Shown here: positions 41,522-50,805 of the stretch, piece by piece
Numbering within the stretch: the stretch's first letter is position 1
Layout: every line of letters begins with the position of its first letter
Assembly: GCA_029547805.1 (NCBI GenBank)
Contig: JAKPOP010000010.1
Span: 209,675 to 273,674 of the forward strand
Reading direction: 5' to 3'
Length of the DNA stretch: 64,000 nt
From: Deltaproteobacteria bacterium
GTDB lineage: Bacteria; Myxococcota_A; UBA9042; DTJE01
Program-made: the position numbers and the translations under genes
Notes under the pieces: generated by a model
The model's input: the letters and a program-made list of their open reading frames with translations, nothing else
The model's database searches: none
What the model was told of the DNA's origin: nothing

Positions 41522-43000
41522 GCCCGACTCCACCAGGGTGTTCCAGAGGCCGACCAGCGCCCGGTCCATGGCCCCCCGGACCTCGTTGCGGTCCCAGCCG
41601 GGGCACTTCCGCCCCTCCGAAGGACAGGGCGGCCCCTCGACCAGGAAGGCGAACTCCACGGGGTCCCCGTCGGGGAGTTCCAGGTAGCCGGCCAGACTGA
41701 CCACCCGATCCAGCGTGCCGGTCTTGGCCCGGACGCGGCCCTCCAGGGGGCTCCCCTTCAGCCGCCTTCGCATCGTCCCCGTGTCGGCCCCGGCCACGGC
41801 CAGGGTCTCGCGGAAGACCGGAAACCAGGGCTGGGCACGGACCCATCGGAGCAGGTGCACGGTGGCCTCGGGCGTGACCTCGTTGGCGTCGTAGAGGCCA
41901 GACCCGTTCCGGAACCGAGCCCCGGCCTCGGGAATCCCGACCTGATCCCGCAGGAAGCGATGGAGCGCCGTAACGCCCCCGGCGAATCCCACCCGCGGGG
42001 CCTCGCCCTTCCCGGCCGGCCTTCCCAGTTCCCGGAGGATCGCCTCGGCGACTGGATTCAGGCTGTCTCGGATCATCGGGACCAGGATCTCCGCCAGGGG
42101 GGCCGACTCGACCCGGCAGACCTCCCGTGCGCCGGGGGGAACCGTGCCTGGCTGCCCCGCCGAGGACACGGCGATCCCGGCGTCCTTCAGGGCCTGCTGA
42201 AAGGCCCCCAGGGCGTGCCCCTGGGGGTCCGGGACCCGGAAGGACTCCACGTGGACCCTGCGGCCGGACAGACGCCCCGAGACCTGGATCACGAGCCTCC
42301 CATCCGGGTCCTCCCGAGCCCGGACCCGGAAGGGGTCCTTCCGAGCCCCAGGCGAGGACCCGCCGGCAGTCACCGACCGGTTGTCCAGCACCACCCGATC
42401 CGAGGTGGTGGAGAGGGAGGCGCTGGTGGGCTCTCCGGGCTTGCCCGGGCGGACGGTCAACGTCACGGCCCCCAGGTCCACTTGAAAGGGCGCGGCACCG
42501 GCGCGGTAGGGCGCCAGCGTGGCCTTCCGATCAAATCTCGGCGGGGTGGCCCCAGGGTCCAGTCCGCCAGGGTCCAGGACCAGCCGCGCAATCCTCCGGA
42601 CTCCCTGTTGCTGGAGGCAGCGGGCCATCTCCTCCAGAGACTTCCTGGTCAGGGTGGGGTCCCCCGAGGCCCGGATCGCGACCCCGTCCTTCCCGCCGCT
42701 TGCGAAGCGCCAGGACGTGGTGACGAAGCGGAACTCCGGCCCGAGGCGATCCAGGGCCGCCGCACCGGTGAAGACCTTGCTGACGGAGGCCGGATTCCGA
42801 GGCTCGTCGGCCCGGTGAGCGGCCAGCACCCGGTCGCCCCGGCTCATGATCGCCCCGACCCGCGCCCCCCGCGACTCGAGGGCCTTCAGGGGAGCCAGGA
42901 GGTCCGGGGCAGGGCCCGCCAGGACCGGCACGGCCAACAGGAACGGGGCGACGCAGGAGACGGTCCAGAGACCCGCGCGTCCCGAGGCCCGCCTTCCCAT
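41450..43000 (-). CDS. dacB: D-alanyl-D-alanine carboxypeptidase/endopeptidase (PBP4, peptidase S13)
   Basis: PASVSK (SxxK), SLN (SxN), NGSGL, AKTGTL (KTG). Confidence 0.92.
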   Translation of the reverse strand: MGRRASGRAGLWTVSCVAPFLLAVPVLAGPAPDLLAPLKALESRGARVGAIMSRGDRVLAAHRADEPRNPASVSKVFTGAAALDRLGPEFRFVTTSWRFASGGKDGVAIRASGDPTLTRKSLEEMARCLQQQGVRRIARLVLDPGGLDPGATPPRFDRKATLAPYRAGAAPFQVDLGAVTLTVRPGKPGEPTSASLSTTSDRVVLDNRSVTAGGSSPGARKDPFRVRAREDPDGRLVIQVSGRLSGRRVHVESFRVPDPQGHALGAFQQALKDAGIAVSSAGQPGTVPPGAREVCRVESAPLAEILVPMIRDSLNPVAEAILRELGRPAGKGEAPRVGFAGGVTALHRFLRDQVGIPEAGARFRNGSGLYDANEVTPEATVHLLRWVRAQPWFPVFRETLAVAGADTGTMRRRLKGSPLEGRVRAKTGTLDRVVSLAGYLELPDGDPVEFAFLVEGPPCPSEGRKCPGWDRNEVRGAMDRALVGLWNTLVESGSAQHDSRQVSGGQVPTQFQRGGP

Positions 43001-43011
43001 GGCGGCTCCCC

Positions 43012-44082
43012 TCATGGAGCGGCGTCGGCGGCGCAGCGGAAGCCCACGTCCGGCCGGACCTGGTCCAGGGACCATTTCTGGCTCCGGTCCACGGTCCGGG
43101 CCCGGCAGATGTTGTTCTTGTTGGTCAGGAAGTTGCCCCCCCGGACCGCCACCTCGGTCCCGGAGGTGACCCGAAGCACGTCGGGCGACTGCTCGCCCTG
43201 ATACTGGATGCAGCGGGGCAGGCCCCTCGGGGCGAACACCGCCGCGGAGCACTGGGTGAAGCAGGCGTCACCGGCACTCTCGCAGGCGGGGCACTGGGTG
43301 TAGCAGTCCTCCTTGCAGGCGGCCGTCAGACAGGCGAAGCAGTCGCAGGACTCCGGGAGGGCATCCCGGCAGGTCAGGTTCTCCCGCCAGCGGTTGTCCA
43401 CCCACTCCGACACGTTGCCGGTCAGGTCCCAGATCTTCCGGTCCCCCTCCAGCACCCAGTCGTCGGCAGACCCTTTCACCGGATTGGGCCGCTGGACCCC
43501 CGTGCAGGCCAGCATCGCCACGTTCAAGGACTCGGCCGGACACTTCTCCAACGGCTTCGCGCCGTTCTGGATGGCCGACCGGCGCTTGTCGGCCTCCTCG
43601 CCTGCAAGGCCCGCCGCAGCCCGCTCCCACTCCACCTCGGTGGGCAGACGGCGACCGAGAAACTCGCAGTACTGCCGAGCCTGCTCCTGGGTGACCCCGA
43701 AGACCGGGTAGTCGTCGAAGTCAGGATTGCCGAAATAGTCCTCGACGCCGGTGGTGCCGGTGATCTTCGGCTCGGTGCAGGCCCCCATCTCGACGCAGTA
43801 GCGGTACTGGAAGTTGGTGACCTCGTGCTCCTCGATCTGGAAGGGCGGCAGGTTCACGAGGACGGTCGGCCAGGCCTTCTTGAGCCCGGCAGGGTCCCGG
43901 TTCTGCTCTGCGTCCTTGCACTGGATGGGGGTCTCGCCGATATTGAAGCACGTCTCGGTGCTCCCGAACAGGAACAGGCCCCCGGCAATCGGCACCAGAG
44001 GAGTGGGGTCCGGCGGCTTCACGCCGGTCACGCAGCCCCCGAACGCCCACAGGATCGTCGTCCACGTGAGTTGTCGACGCAT
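43012..44082 (-). CDS. FGE-sulfatase (SUMF1-like) domain lipoprotein
   Basis: Lipobox FGGC; HEVTN.QY, RLPTEVEWERAA, DLTGNVSEW, RGGNF, VGFRCA; Cys-rich insert. Confidence 0.88.
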   Translation of the reverse strand: MRRQLTWTTILWAFGGCVTGVKPPDPTPLVPIAGGLFLFGSTETCFNIGETPIQCKDAEQNRDPAGLKKAWPTVLVNLPPFQIEEHEVTNFQYRYCVEMGACTEPKITGTTGVEDYFGNPDFDDYPVFGVTQEQARQYCEFLGRRLPTEVEWERAAAGLAGEEADKRRSAIQNGAKPLEKCPAESLNVAMLACTGVQRPNPVKGSADDWVLEGDRKIWDLTGNVSEWVDNRWRENLTCRDALPESCDCFACLTAACKEDCYTQCPACESAGDACFTQCSAAVFAPRGLPRCIQYQGEQSPDVLRVTSGTEVAVRGGNFLTNKNNICRARTVDRSQKWSLDQVRPDVGFRCAADAAP

Positions 44083-44093
44083 CTTGCTCCTCC

Positions 44094-45242
44094 TCACCAC
44101 GACCCCGAGACGCCCACCACCGCCGATCGCCCCTCGGGGCCCGGAATCGCGAAGGGGGCCCAGGTCGTCCGGGCCTCCAGGCGGTCCTCGGGCCGGACGG
44201 CCTTCCGGGTGTACTCCCAGATCACGAGCCCCGTCCCCAGCGCCAGCAGTCCTGAACCGACTCCGTACCCCACGTAGGCCCAGGTGCGGTAGGTCTTGAA
44301 GCGGTCCGTCGTGTTGAACTCCTTGTTGGCCTCGTACCGGAGCCAGAATCCGGCCCCGAGCCCCCCGGCCCCCAGGATCATCGACGCCACACCGACTCCC
44401 CCGCGCCAGGAGAAGGGGTTGTGCACGAGCACCAGTTCCGCCTGGACGTCCGTGACGGCCCCGGCATGGATCTCCACCACCTCGGCCTTCTGGGTGTAGT
44501 CGTCCTTCTCCACCAGCACCTGGTGACGCCCGGCCTCCAGCCGCAGGGGCTCCTCCAGCGGCGACGCCGCGACCACCTTGCCGTCGACGTAGATCCGGGC
44601 CTTGCGGATGTTCACGAAGACCCGCAGGAACCCATCGTTGCGGATCCGCTCCAGGGCGAAGGTCAGCCGGAGAGGCTCCCGGGACCGCACCAGGAACTCC
44701 CGCTCAAACCCCTGGTACCCGGGTTTCCGCAGGAACACCTTGTGGGTCCCCTCGGGCAGGTGCGTGGTGAAGGGAGTCTGACCCAGCAGCCGCTCCGGGT
44801 CATCCACGTAGATGTCCGCCCCCTGGGGGTCCGAGTCGATCGTGACCTCCGGAAGGGCCAGGAAGGCCTTTTCCCGCATCACGTCGATGGTCCGTCGGAC
44901 GTCCTCCGCATCCGGTGGCTCGGCACCCTGGTTCTGGGCGACGAAGAGGTCCAGGTACGCCCGGTAGGCATCGGCGGCCTTCTGGTACTCGGCGGCCTTC
45001 TCCCAGGCCTTTGCCGCGTTGAACAGGTTGCTGGGATGGGGGAACAGGGCCTGCGCCTCCTGGAAGAGCCGGGCCGCCTCGACGAAGCGCCCGGCCTCGA
45101 AGGCCTCCATGCCCTGCCGCGCCTTCTGCTGGGCGACCTCCCGATCCGGCGCCGCCGCGGGCGGTTCCCCGGCCCCCTGCCCCCGGACCTCCCCGGCCCC
45201 CAACAGGACCACTGCCACGACCCAAAGCCCGATCCGTCGCAT
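44094..45242 (-). CDS. TPR + PEGA domain protein
   Basis: Signal peptide, TPR, PEGA (SDPQGADIYVD...GQTP), C-terminal hydrophobic Gly-rich helices. Confidence 0.85.
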   Translation of the reverse strand: MRRIGLWVVAVVLLGAGEVRGQGAGEPPAAAPDREVAQQKARQGMEAFEAGRFVEAARLFQEAQALFPHPSNLFNAAKAWEKAAEYQKAADAYRAYLDLFVAQNQGAEPPDAEDVRRTIDVMREKAFLALPEVTIDSDPQGADIYVDDPERLLGQTPFTTHLPEGTHKVFLRKPGYQGFEREFLVRSREPLRLTFALERIRNDGFLRVFVNIRKARIYVDGKVVAASPLEEPLRLEAGRHQVLVEKDDYTQKAEVVEIHAGAVTDVQAELVLVHNPFSWRGGVGVASMILGAGGLGAGFWLRYEANKEFNTTDRFKTYRTWAYVGYGVGSGLLALGTGLVIWEYTRKAVRPEDRLEARTTWAPFAIPGPEGRSAVVGVSGSW

Positions 45243-45374
45243 CGTCCTCCCCCCTTCGATCGACACCCAGGCAGCCTGTGCGCGGCGATCGGGATCGCCC
45301 TTGCCCATGCGATGGGAAAACCGCCTAGAATGCTAGGGCTGGCCCTGAGGTGAGTCAAGGAACGGGGGACGACG

Positions 45375-46304
45375 ATGCGGCGGAGACGACTGGGGTCGAC
45401 CGACTGGCAGGTCTCGGCGATGGCCGTGGGGACCTGGGCGATGGGCGGCGTTGACTTCGGCCGGGTGGACGACCGGGACTCGGTCAAGGCGATTCACCGG
45501 GCGATGGACCTCGGGATCAACCTGTTCGACACCGCCCCGATCTACGGGTCCGGGCGGTCCGAGGAGGTGCTGGGCAAGGCCCTCCGGGGGATCCGGGGCG
45601 AGGTCCTGGTGGCCACCAAGTGCGGACCGGTAGAGCCCCGGCCGGGGCTGGTCCGAATGGACTGCTCCCCGGAGGGGATCGAGGCCCAGGTGGAGGCCAG
45701 CCTGCGACGCCTCCGGACCGACTGGATCGACCTGCTGCAACTCCACTGGCCCGACCCGGCCTGGCCCATCGAGGGGGCCGTCGAGGCGATGGACCGGCTG
45801 CGGCGGGCGGGCCTGGTGCGGGAACTGGGGGTGTCCAACACCTCCGCCGACGAACTGAGACGGGCCCTGGGAGCTGGCCCGGTGAAGACCCTCCAGCCCC
45901 GCTACAACCTGCTGGAACGGGACTTCGAAAAGGAATTGCTGCCGCTGACCCGGGAGCGAGACCTGGGGGTGCTGGTGTACGAGCCCCTGGCCCGAGGTCT
46001 CCTGTCGGGCCGGATGGAGACCACCCGGCGTTTCGACCCTGGGGATGTCCGCCTGGCGGACCCGCGGTTCCGGGGTGAGGCCTTCCGGCGCAACCTGGAA
46101 CGGGTGGAGCGGCTGCGACAGGTTGCGGGCCGCCACGGGCTCACATGTCTGCAGGCCGCCATCGCCTGGGTCCTCTCCCAGGGGGACCACCTGGTGGCCC
46201 TCTGTGGCGCCAAGACGGCCCTGCAGGTCGTGGAGAACGCCCGGGCGGCGGAGATCGACCTGGACCCCGCCACGGCAGAGGAGTTCGCTGCCGCGGTGGA
46301 GTGA
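45375..46304 (+). CDS. Aldo/keto reductase
   Basis: GTWAMGG, FDTAPIYG.G.SE, ATKCG, SLRRLRTDWIDLLQLHWPD. Confidence 0.95.
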   Translation: MRRRRLGSTDWQVSAMAVGTWAMGGVDFGRVDDRDSVKAIHRAMDLGINLFDTAPIYGSGRSEEVLGKALRGIRGEVLVATKCGPVEPRPGLVRMDCSPEGIEAQVEASLRRLRTDWIDLLQLHWPDPAWPIEGAVEAMDRLRRAGLVRELGVSNTSADELRRALGAGPVKTLQPRYNLLERDFEKELLPLTRERDLGVLVYEPLARGLLSGRMETTRRFDPGDVRLADPRFRGEAFRRNLERVERLRQVAGRHGLTCLQAAIAWVLSQGDHLVALCGAKTALQVVENARAAEIDLDPATAEEFAAAVE

Positions 46305-46333
46305 CGGCGCCGGAAAGGGACCGCCGGACCGCC

Positions 46334-47110
46334 CTACCACTTCCGGGGACGACTCGGGCGGCGTCCGGGCCGCAGCACGCGCCAGACCAGGGCCCCGAAC
46401 CACTCGGCGGGACCCAGCACCACGTAGAGCAGGCCCAGGGTCAGCAGCACGGCGCTGGTGTGGGTCTTCAGCACCGCGATCAGCAGCAGGCACGCTCCGA
46501 TCAGAATGCCGGCCTTGCCCCAGGGCCCTATCCGAACGTGCTTGAAGTTGCGGTAGCGGACGGTGCTGACCATCAGCACCGCCATGGTCACTGTCGCGGA
46601 GCCCACCAGCACGGTCCGGATCGGCTCCCCGACCTCCAGGTCCACGAGGGTCCAGCAGAGGGTCGCGATGATCCCGGCGCCCCCGGGAATCGGGAGCCCG
46701 GTGAAATAGCCCGTGGGCCCCCGGGCCCGTGCCGCCTGGACGTTGAACCGGGCCAGGCGCAGGGCCCCGCAGGCGACGAAGAAGAAGGCCAGGAAGGTGC
46801 CGACGTAGCCCCCGTGACCGTCGAGGTGCCGCAGGGCGAAGACCCAGGACAGCACCGCAGGGGCCATGCCGAAGGACAGCACGTCGGCCAGGGAGTCCAG
46901 TTCCACCCCGAAGGCGGACTCGGTCCGGGTGAGGCGGGCCACCCGCCCGTCGATGCCATCGGCGATGGCCGCCAGGATGATCGCCAGGGCCGCGTTCCGG
47001 CAGGCCTCGTCGGTGCCGGGCATGCAGGAGAGGATGGCCCACATCCCCAGCAGGATGCTGCTCAGGGTGAAGAGGTTCGGCAGGATGAACTTGCTCTGGC
47101 GCAGGTCCAT
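46334..47110 (-). CDS. pssA: CDP-diacylglycerol--serine O-phosphatidyltransferase
   Basis: LPNLFT, DGIDGRVAR...FGVELDSLAD.LSFG.AP, LRLARFN, FTGLPIP. Start may instead be GTG at 47128. Confidence 0.93.
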   Translation of the reverse strand: MDLRQSKFILPNLFTLSSILLGMWAILSCMPGTDEACRNAALAIILAAIADGIDGRVARLTRTESAFGVELDSLADVLSFGMAPAVLSWVFALRHLDGHGGYVGTFLAFFFVACGALRLARFNVQAARARGPTGYFTGLPIPGGAGIIATLCWTLVDLEVGEPIRTVLVGSATVTMAVLMVSTVRYRNFKHVRIGPWGKAGILIGACLLLIAVLKTHTSAVLLTLGLLYVVLGPAEWFGALVWRVLRPGRRPSRPRKW

Positions 47111-47281
47111 GGGGGAAGGGTAGTCCACCGGCGGCCATCAGGGCAAGCACCTCCTCCGGGACCGTCGTCCCCTGCCATGGGTGCTTCCCTGACGCCAACC
47201 GATCAAAGGCCCTCTTTTCGCGCTTTCCGTGGCGGTTCCCCTTGCGTATCATTGCCCCCGGCCCTGGCATGGGAGCCCCCG

Positions 47282-48049
47282 ATGCGCCCGGTCCCTCTGG
47301 TTCTGCTGGCGTGCTGCCTCGCGGCACTCTCCTGTGGCCTGGTGGACGACTACCCCACCGGCCTGGGCCAGGGGGCCCTCCCGGGAGACCCGTTGTACCC
47401 GAAGCCGGACCCGGGTCCCTCGGGATGCGCGGTCCCGACCGATCCGGGGACCTCCGATGTCCCGGACCTGGCGGTGTCCGACCTGTCGGGCATGGCCTGG
47501 CGATTCGACGCCCTGGCCCTGGGCCGGCCCCTGACGGAAGACCTGCTGCCCCTGGTGAACCAGGTCGTCGCGGATCAGGTCTCCCAGCAGCAGTTGAACC
47601 TGCTGCTGGCGGTGGACCAGGACGACCGGGAGGCCGGTACGCTCCGGGGCCGGGTGGGCACCGCCACCCCGAACCAGGATGCCTGGGCCTTCCAGGGGAC
47701 CCCCTCGGAGGTGAGGCTGGGACTGGATCGCTCCCGCTTCCAGTCCACCGACGAGTCCTCCCTGAGCATCTCGGTCGCCATCGGGACGGATACGCTGACG
47801 CTGCCGATCCAGGCCCTGCGCCTGTTCGGGGCCTTCCCCTCCGACGCGACGACGATCGGGGATGGCCGCATCCAGGGCGCCATCACCGTCGAGGATGCAG
47901 CGCAGGTGTCGATCCCCCTCTACGGGACCCTCCAGGTGCTGATGGAGACCAACGAGGTCCCGCCAGACACCACCGTCGGCCCGGATCGGAAACCGGCCTG
48001 GTCCTTCGAGGCGACCTTCACCGCGGTGAAGGTCCCCCTGGCCCCGTGA
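47282..48049 (+). CDS. Hypothetical lipoprotein
   Basis: Lipobox ALSC, Pro-rich linker, beta-rich domain; genome-typical codon use. Confidence 0.72.
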   Translation: MRPVPLVLLACCLAALSCGLVDDYPTGLGQGALPGDPLYPKPDPGPSGCAVPTDPGTSDVPDLAVSDLSGMAWRFDALALGRPLTEDLLPLVNQVVADQVSQQQLNLLLAVDQDDREAGTLRGRVGTATPNQDAWAFQGTPSEVRLGLDRSRFQSTDESSLSISVAIGTDTLTLPIQALRLFGAFPSDATTIGDGRIQGAITVEDAAQVSIPLYGTLQVLMETNEVPPDTTVGPDRKPAWSFEATFTAVKVPLAP

Positions 48050-48074
48050 CGCCCCCCTTTCCAGGAGCATCGCC

Positions 48075-49178
48075 ATGAGACGCCCCCCTTCCAGGCTCGC
48101 CGGAATCCTCCTGGTGGTCCTCTGGGCCTTCTCGGCCACCGGCCTGGCCCGGATGAAGACCGAGACCACCGGGGCCGCGGTGCAGCCCACGACCCGGACG
48201 GACTTTCTGCGTCATCCCCACGACTCCAAGTACTACACCGAGTCGTGGACCATGATCCTCCAGTCCGAGGAAGGGCACATCCTCTACGTCAACTTCATGT
48301 ACAGCAACATCGGGGTGACCTCGGGCCGAAGCGCGGTGAGCGTGAACCTGACGATGCCCGGGGGCCAGGGGAAGCCCTATGGCTGGGAATACGACCAGGA
48401 CGACTATCGCGAGGATTTCGACAAGAACACGCTGACCATCGGCCCCCACGCCCTCACCCTCGATGGCCGGACCGCGACCTTCCGGGTCGAGGGGTCGGAA
48501 CTCCGTCTCCACGGCACCCTCCGTGGCTGGAACAACGGCGTCAAGTTCCACGGCGGTCGGATCTGCCTGGACGACGGCTGCAAGGACTTCGTGCAGTCGT
48601 TCTTCCATGTCCCCCGGGGGGACTTCGAGGCGGACCTGTCGGTCGCCGGCCAGCGCCTGCGCCTGAAGGGCGCCGGCTACCTGGACCACATGGTGAACAC
48701 CGAGATGAGCAGCAAATGGTCCTCCCACTGGTGGACCGTCCGGTATTTCCACAAGGACTACACGGTGGCCCTGCTGGCCTTCCGCCCTCGGAAGGACTAC
48801 GGGTCAGGCACCATCCTGCGGCTGCTGTTCGCCGACCGGAACCGGGTGCTGGCCCTCACGGACCGCTTCACCCTGGAGACGGACCAGGAGGCCCGGGACC
48901 CCTCCAAGAAGGGACACTCCTACGCCACGAGATACCGGATCGAGGTTCCCCTGCCCAAGGGGTCCCTCCGGGGCCTCTTCACGGGCCGGCGGGTCCATGA
49001 GCGGGACGCCGTGCTGGAGCGCCTGCCCTGGGCCCAGCGGACGATCGCCCAGGCGGTGGCCGGAAATCCGGTGATCTATCGTCAGGAGGGCACCCCGGAC
49101 CTGGTGCTGGTGTTGGATGACGACACCGAGGTCCACCTCTCCGAGGGCACCGCCCTCATGGAGTCCATCGTCAACTGA
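48075..49178 (+). CDS. Exported hypothetical protein (Svf1/AttH/CrtC-like lipocalin fold)
   Basis: Signal peptide, YTESW...NFMYSNIG, G.GYLDH motif. Confidence 0.65.
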   Translation: MRRPPSRLAGILLVVLWAFSATGLARMKTETTGAAVQPTTRTDFLRHPHDSKYYTESWTMILQSEEGHILYVNFMYSNIGVTSGRSAVSVNLTMPGGQGKPYGWEYDQDDYREDFDKNTLTIGPHALTLDGRTATFRVEGSELRLHGTLRGWNNGVKFHGGRICLDDGCKDFVQSFFHVPRGDFEADLSVAGQRLRLKGAGYLDHMVNTEMSSKWSSHWWTVRYFHKDYTVALLAFRPRKDYGSGTILRLLFADRNRVLALTDRFTLETDQEARDPSKKGHSYATRYRIEVPLPKGSLRGLFTGRRVHERDAVLERLPWAQRTIAQAVAGNPVIYRQEGTPDLVLVLDDDTEVHLSEGTALMESIVN

Positions 49179-49275
49179 TCCTCCCTCCCGGGGATTCGCT
49201 TCTCCCTGGCCTCCGTGCTGCCGGCCCCAATGAACCCGGACAAAAACCTTCCTATTGAAATCATTTATTTTTCCA

Positions 49276-49304
49276 TTGACGGCCCGAGTGGTCTTGGTTA
49301 GCGT
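49276..49304 (+). promoter_or_regulatory. Sigma-70-type promoter of the redox operon, with AT-rich UP-like element
   Basis: TTGACG-17 bp-TAGCGT preceded by the AT-rich stretch TATTGAAATCATTTATTTTT. Confidence 0.55.
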
Positions 49305-49363
49305 CCCCACCAGGATGTCCCGGCCTCCCTGCCGGGCGGTTTCTCTCTCACCCGGAGGTACGA

Positions 49364-50005
49364 ATGGATGGCTTTCTCTCCTTCCTCTCGGGACCGCTGT
49401 TCCGATTCTGCCTGACGGTGGCGATCCTGGGGGTCCTGTCCCAGTTCCTGCAGAACGCGATGATCCTGGTCGCCACGGATCCGGGCCGCCCCTTCCGGGC
49501 GCTGGGGCAGGGTCTGCGACGCTGGATGGACCCCGTCACGCGTACCCGCCGCAACCCGTGGTGGGTCGAGGTGCTGGTCTGGGCATCGGTGGCCGGGGTC
49601 GTCGTGGTGCCCCTCTTCTACCTGGGCCATGCCCGCCTCTGGGGACGGTCCCTGGGCCTGCTGTGGCCGGCGGTCCCGGCGGCCTGGTCCGACGTGCTGA
49701 CCCGGGTCACGATGGTCACGTTGGGCCTCCTGTTGCTGGCCCGCCTGCTGGACCGGTCGGTCCGGCGGTCCTGGACCCTGGTGGACTGGGGCCCCCTGGT
49801 GCTGGCCTGGACGGCCTTCGTGACCGGCTATCTGGTCGCCCACCCGGGCCGCAGCCCCTTCGCGCCCGACACGACGGCCCTGCTGCACTTCCTGTCGGCG
49901 GACCTGTTGCTGGTGCTGCTGCCCTTCACTCGGGTCTCCCGGTGCGTGCTGATGCCGCCGCCCTGCGAGGGATCGGCCCCGACGACCCCGGAGGTGACGC
50001 GATGA
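49364..50005 (+). CDS. NarI/HmcE/TmcC-like membrane cytochrome b subunit (two heme ligands missing)
   Basis: GPLF start, PLFYLGHARLW, LHFLSADLLLVLLPFTR; 5 predicted TM helices. Confidence 0.78.
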   Translation: MDGFLSFLSGPLFRFCLTVAILGVLSQFLQNAMILVATDPGRPFRALGQGLRRWMDPVTRTRRNPWWVEVLVWASVAGVVVVPLFYLGHARLWGRSLGLLWPAVPAAWSDVLTRVTMVTLGLLLLARLLDRSVRRSWTLVDWGPLVLAWTAFVTGYLVAHPGRSPFAPDTTALLHFLSADLLLVLLPFTRVSRCVLMPPPCEGSAPTTPEVTR

Positions 50006-50802
50006 AGGCCATCCTGACTGACGTGACCCTCTGCATCGGGTGCGAGCGCTGTGTCGATGCCTGCCGCATGGCAAACGACCTCGGGCCCCAGTTGCCCTTC
50101 CGGTGGCTGTTGGAGGACGGACTCTCATCGGAGCGCTGGTGCAGCGTCCTTCGGAAGGAGGACCACTTCGTGCGGCGGCAGTGCATGCACTGCATCCAGC
50201 CCGCCTGCGCCTCCGCCTGCCCGGTCGGTGCCCTGCAGAAGACCGCCGAAGGCCCGGTCATCTACGACGACAAGAAGTGCCTGGGCTGCCGTTACTGCAT
50301 GATGGCCTGCCCCTTTGGGATCCCCCGATACTCCTGGGAATCCCCGATCCCCCTGGTCCGCAAGTGCCAGATGTGCTTCCAGAACCGGGTCTCGAAGGGC
50401 CAACAGCCCGGCTGCACGGCCGCCTGTCCGGTCAAGGCCACCATCTTCGGAGAGCGGGAGGACCTGCTGGCCGAGGCCCATCGGCGCATCCAGGAGAACC
50501 CTGACCGCTACCAGGGAAAGGTCTTCGGCGAGACGGAGGTGGGCGGCACCTGCGTGCTGTATCTGGCCCCCTTCGACCTGAACATGCTGACCCTGGGCAA
50601 CCGACTGGACGAACGGCCGATGCCCGAGCGAACCGTCTACGCGATGACGGCGGTGCCACCGGTGTTCCTGACCATGGGGGCGGTGATGACCGGCATCTGG
50701 TGGGTGATCGACCGCCGGATGCAGCGCCAGCGGGAACAGGACGCCGCCAGGCGCGACGGACATGCCGAACCCACCTCCCCCGATGATGGAAAGGAGGGCT
50801 GA
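50002..50802 (+). CDS. HybA/HmcB-like 4x[4Fe-4S] protein with C-terminal TM anchor
   Basis: CIGCERC...C, CMHC..PAC...C, CLGCRYCMMAC, CQMC...C...CP; GETEVGGT. Confidence 0.9.
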   Translation: MKAILTDVTLCIGCERCVDACRMANDLGPQLPFRWLLEDGLSSERWCSVLRKEDHFVRRQCMHCIQPACASACPVGALQKTAEGPVIYDDKKCLGCRYCMMACPFGIPRYSWESPIPLVRKCQMCFQNRVSKGQQPGCTAACPVKATIFGEREDLLAEAHRRIQENPDRYQGKVFGETEVGGTCVLYLAPFDLNMLTLGNRLDERPMPERTVYAMTAVPPVFLTMGAVMTGIWWVIDRRMQRQREQDAARRDGHAEPTSPDDGKEG

Positions 50803-50805
50803 GCG

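Noticed and set aside
47138-47192. Inverted repeat covering GGAGGAGG upstream of pssA
   Set aside because: The SD-like sequence is not properly spaced to an in-frame start, so a regulatory role cannot be supported.
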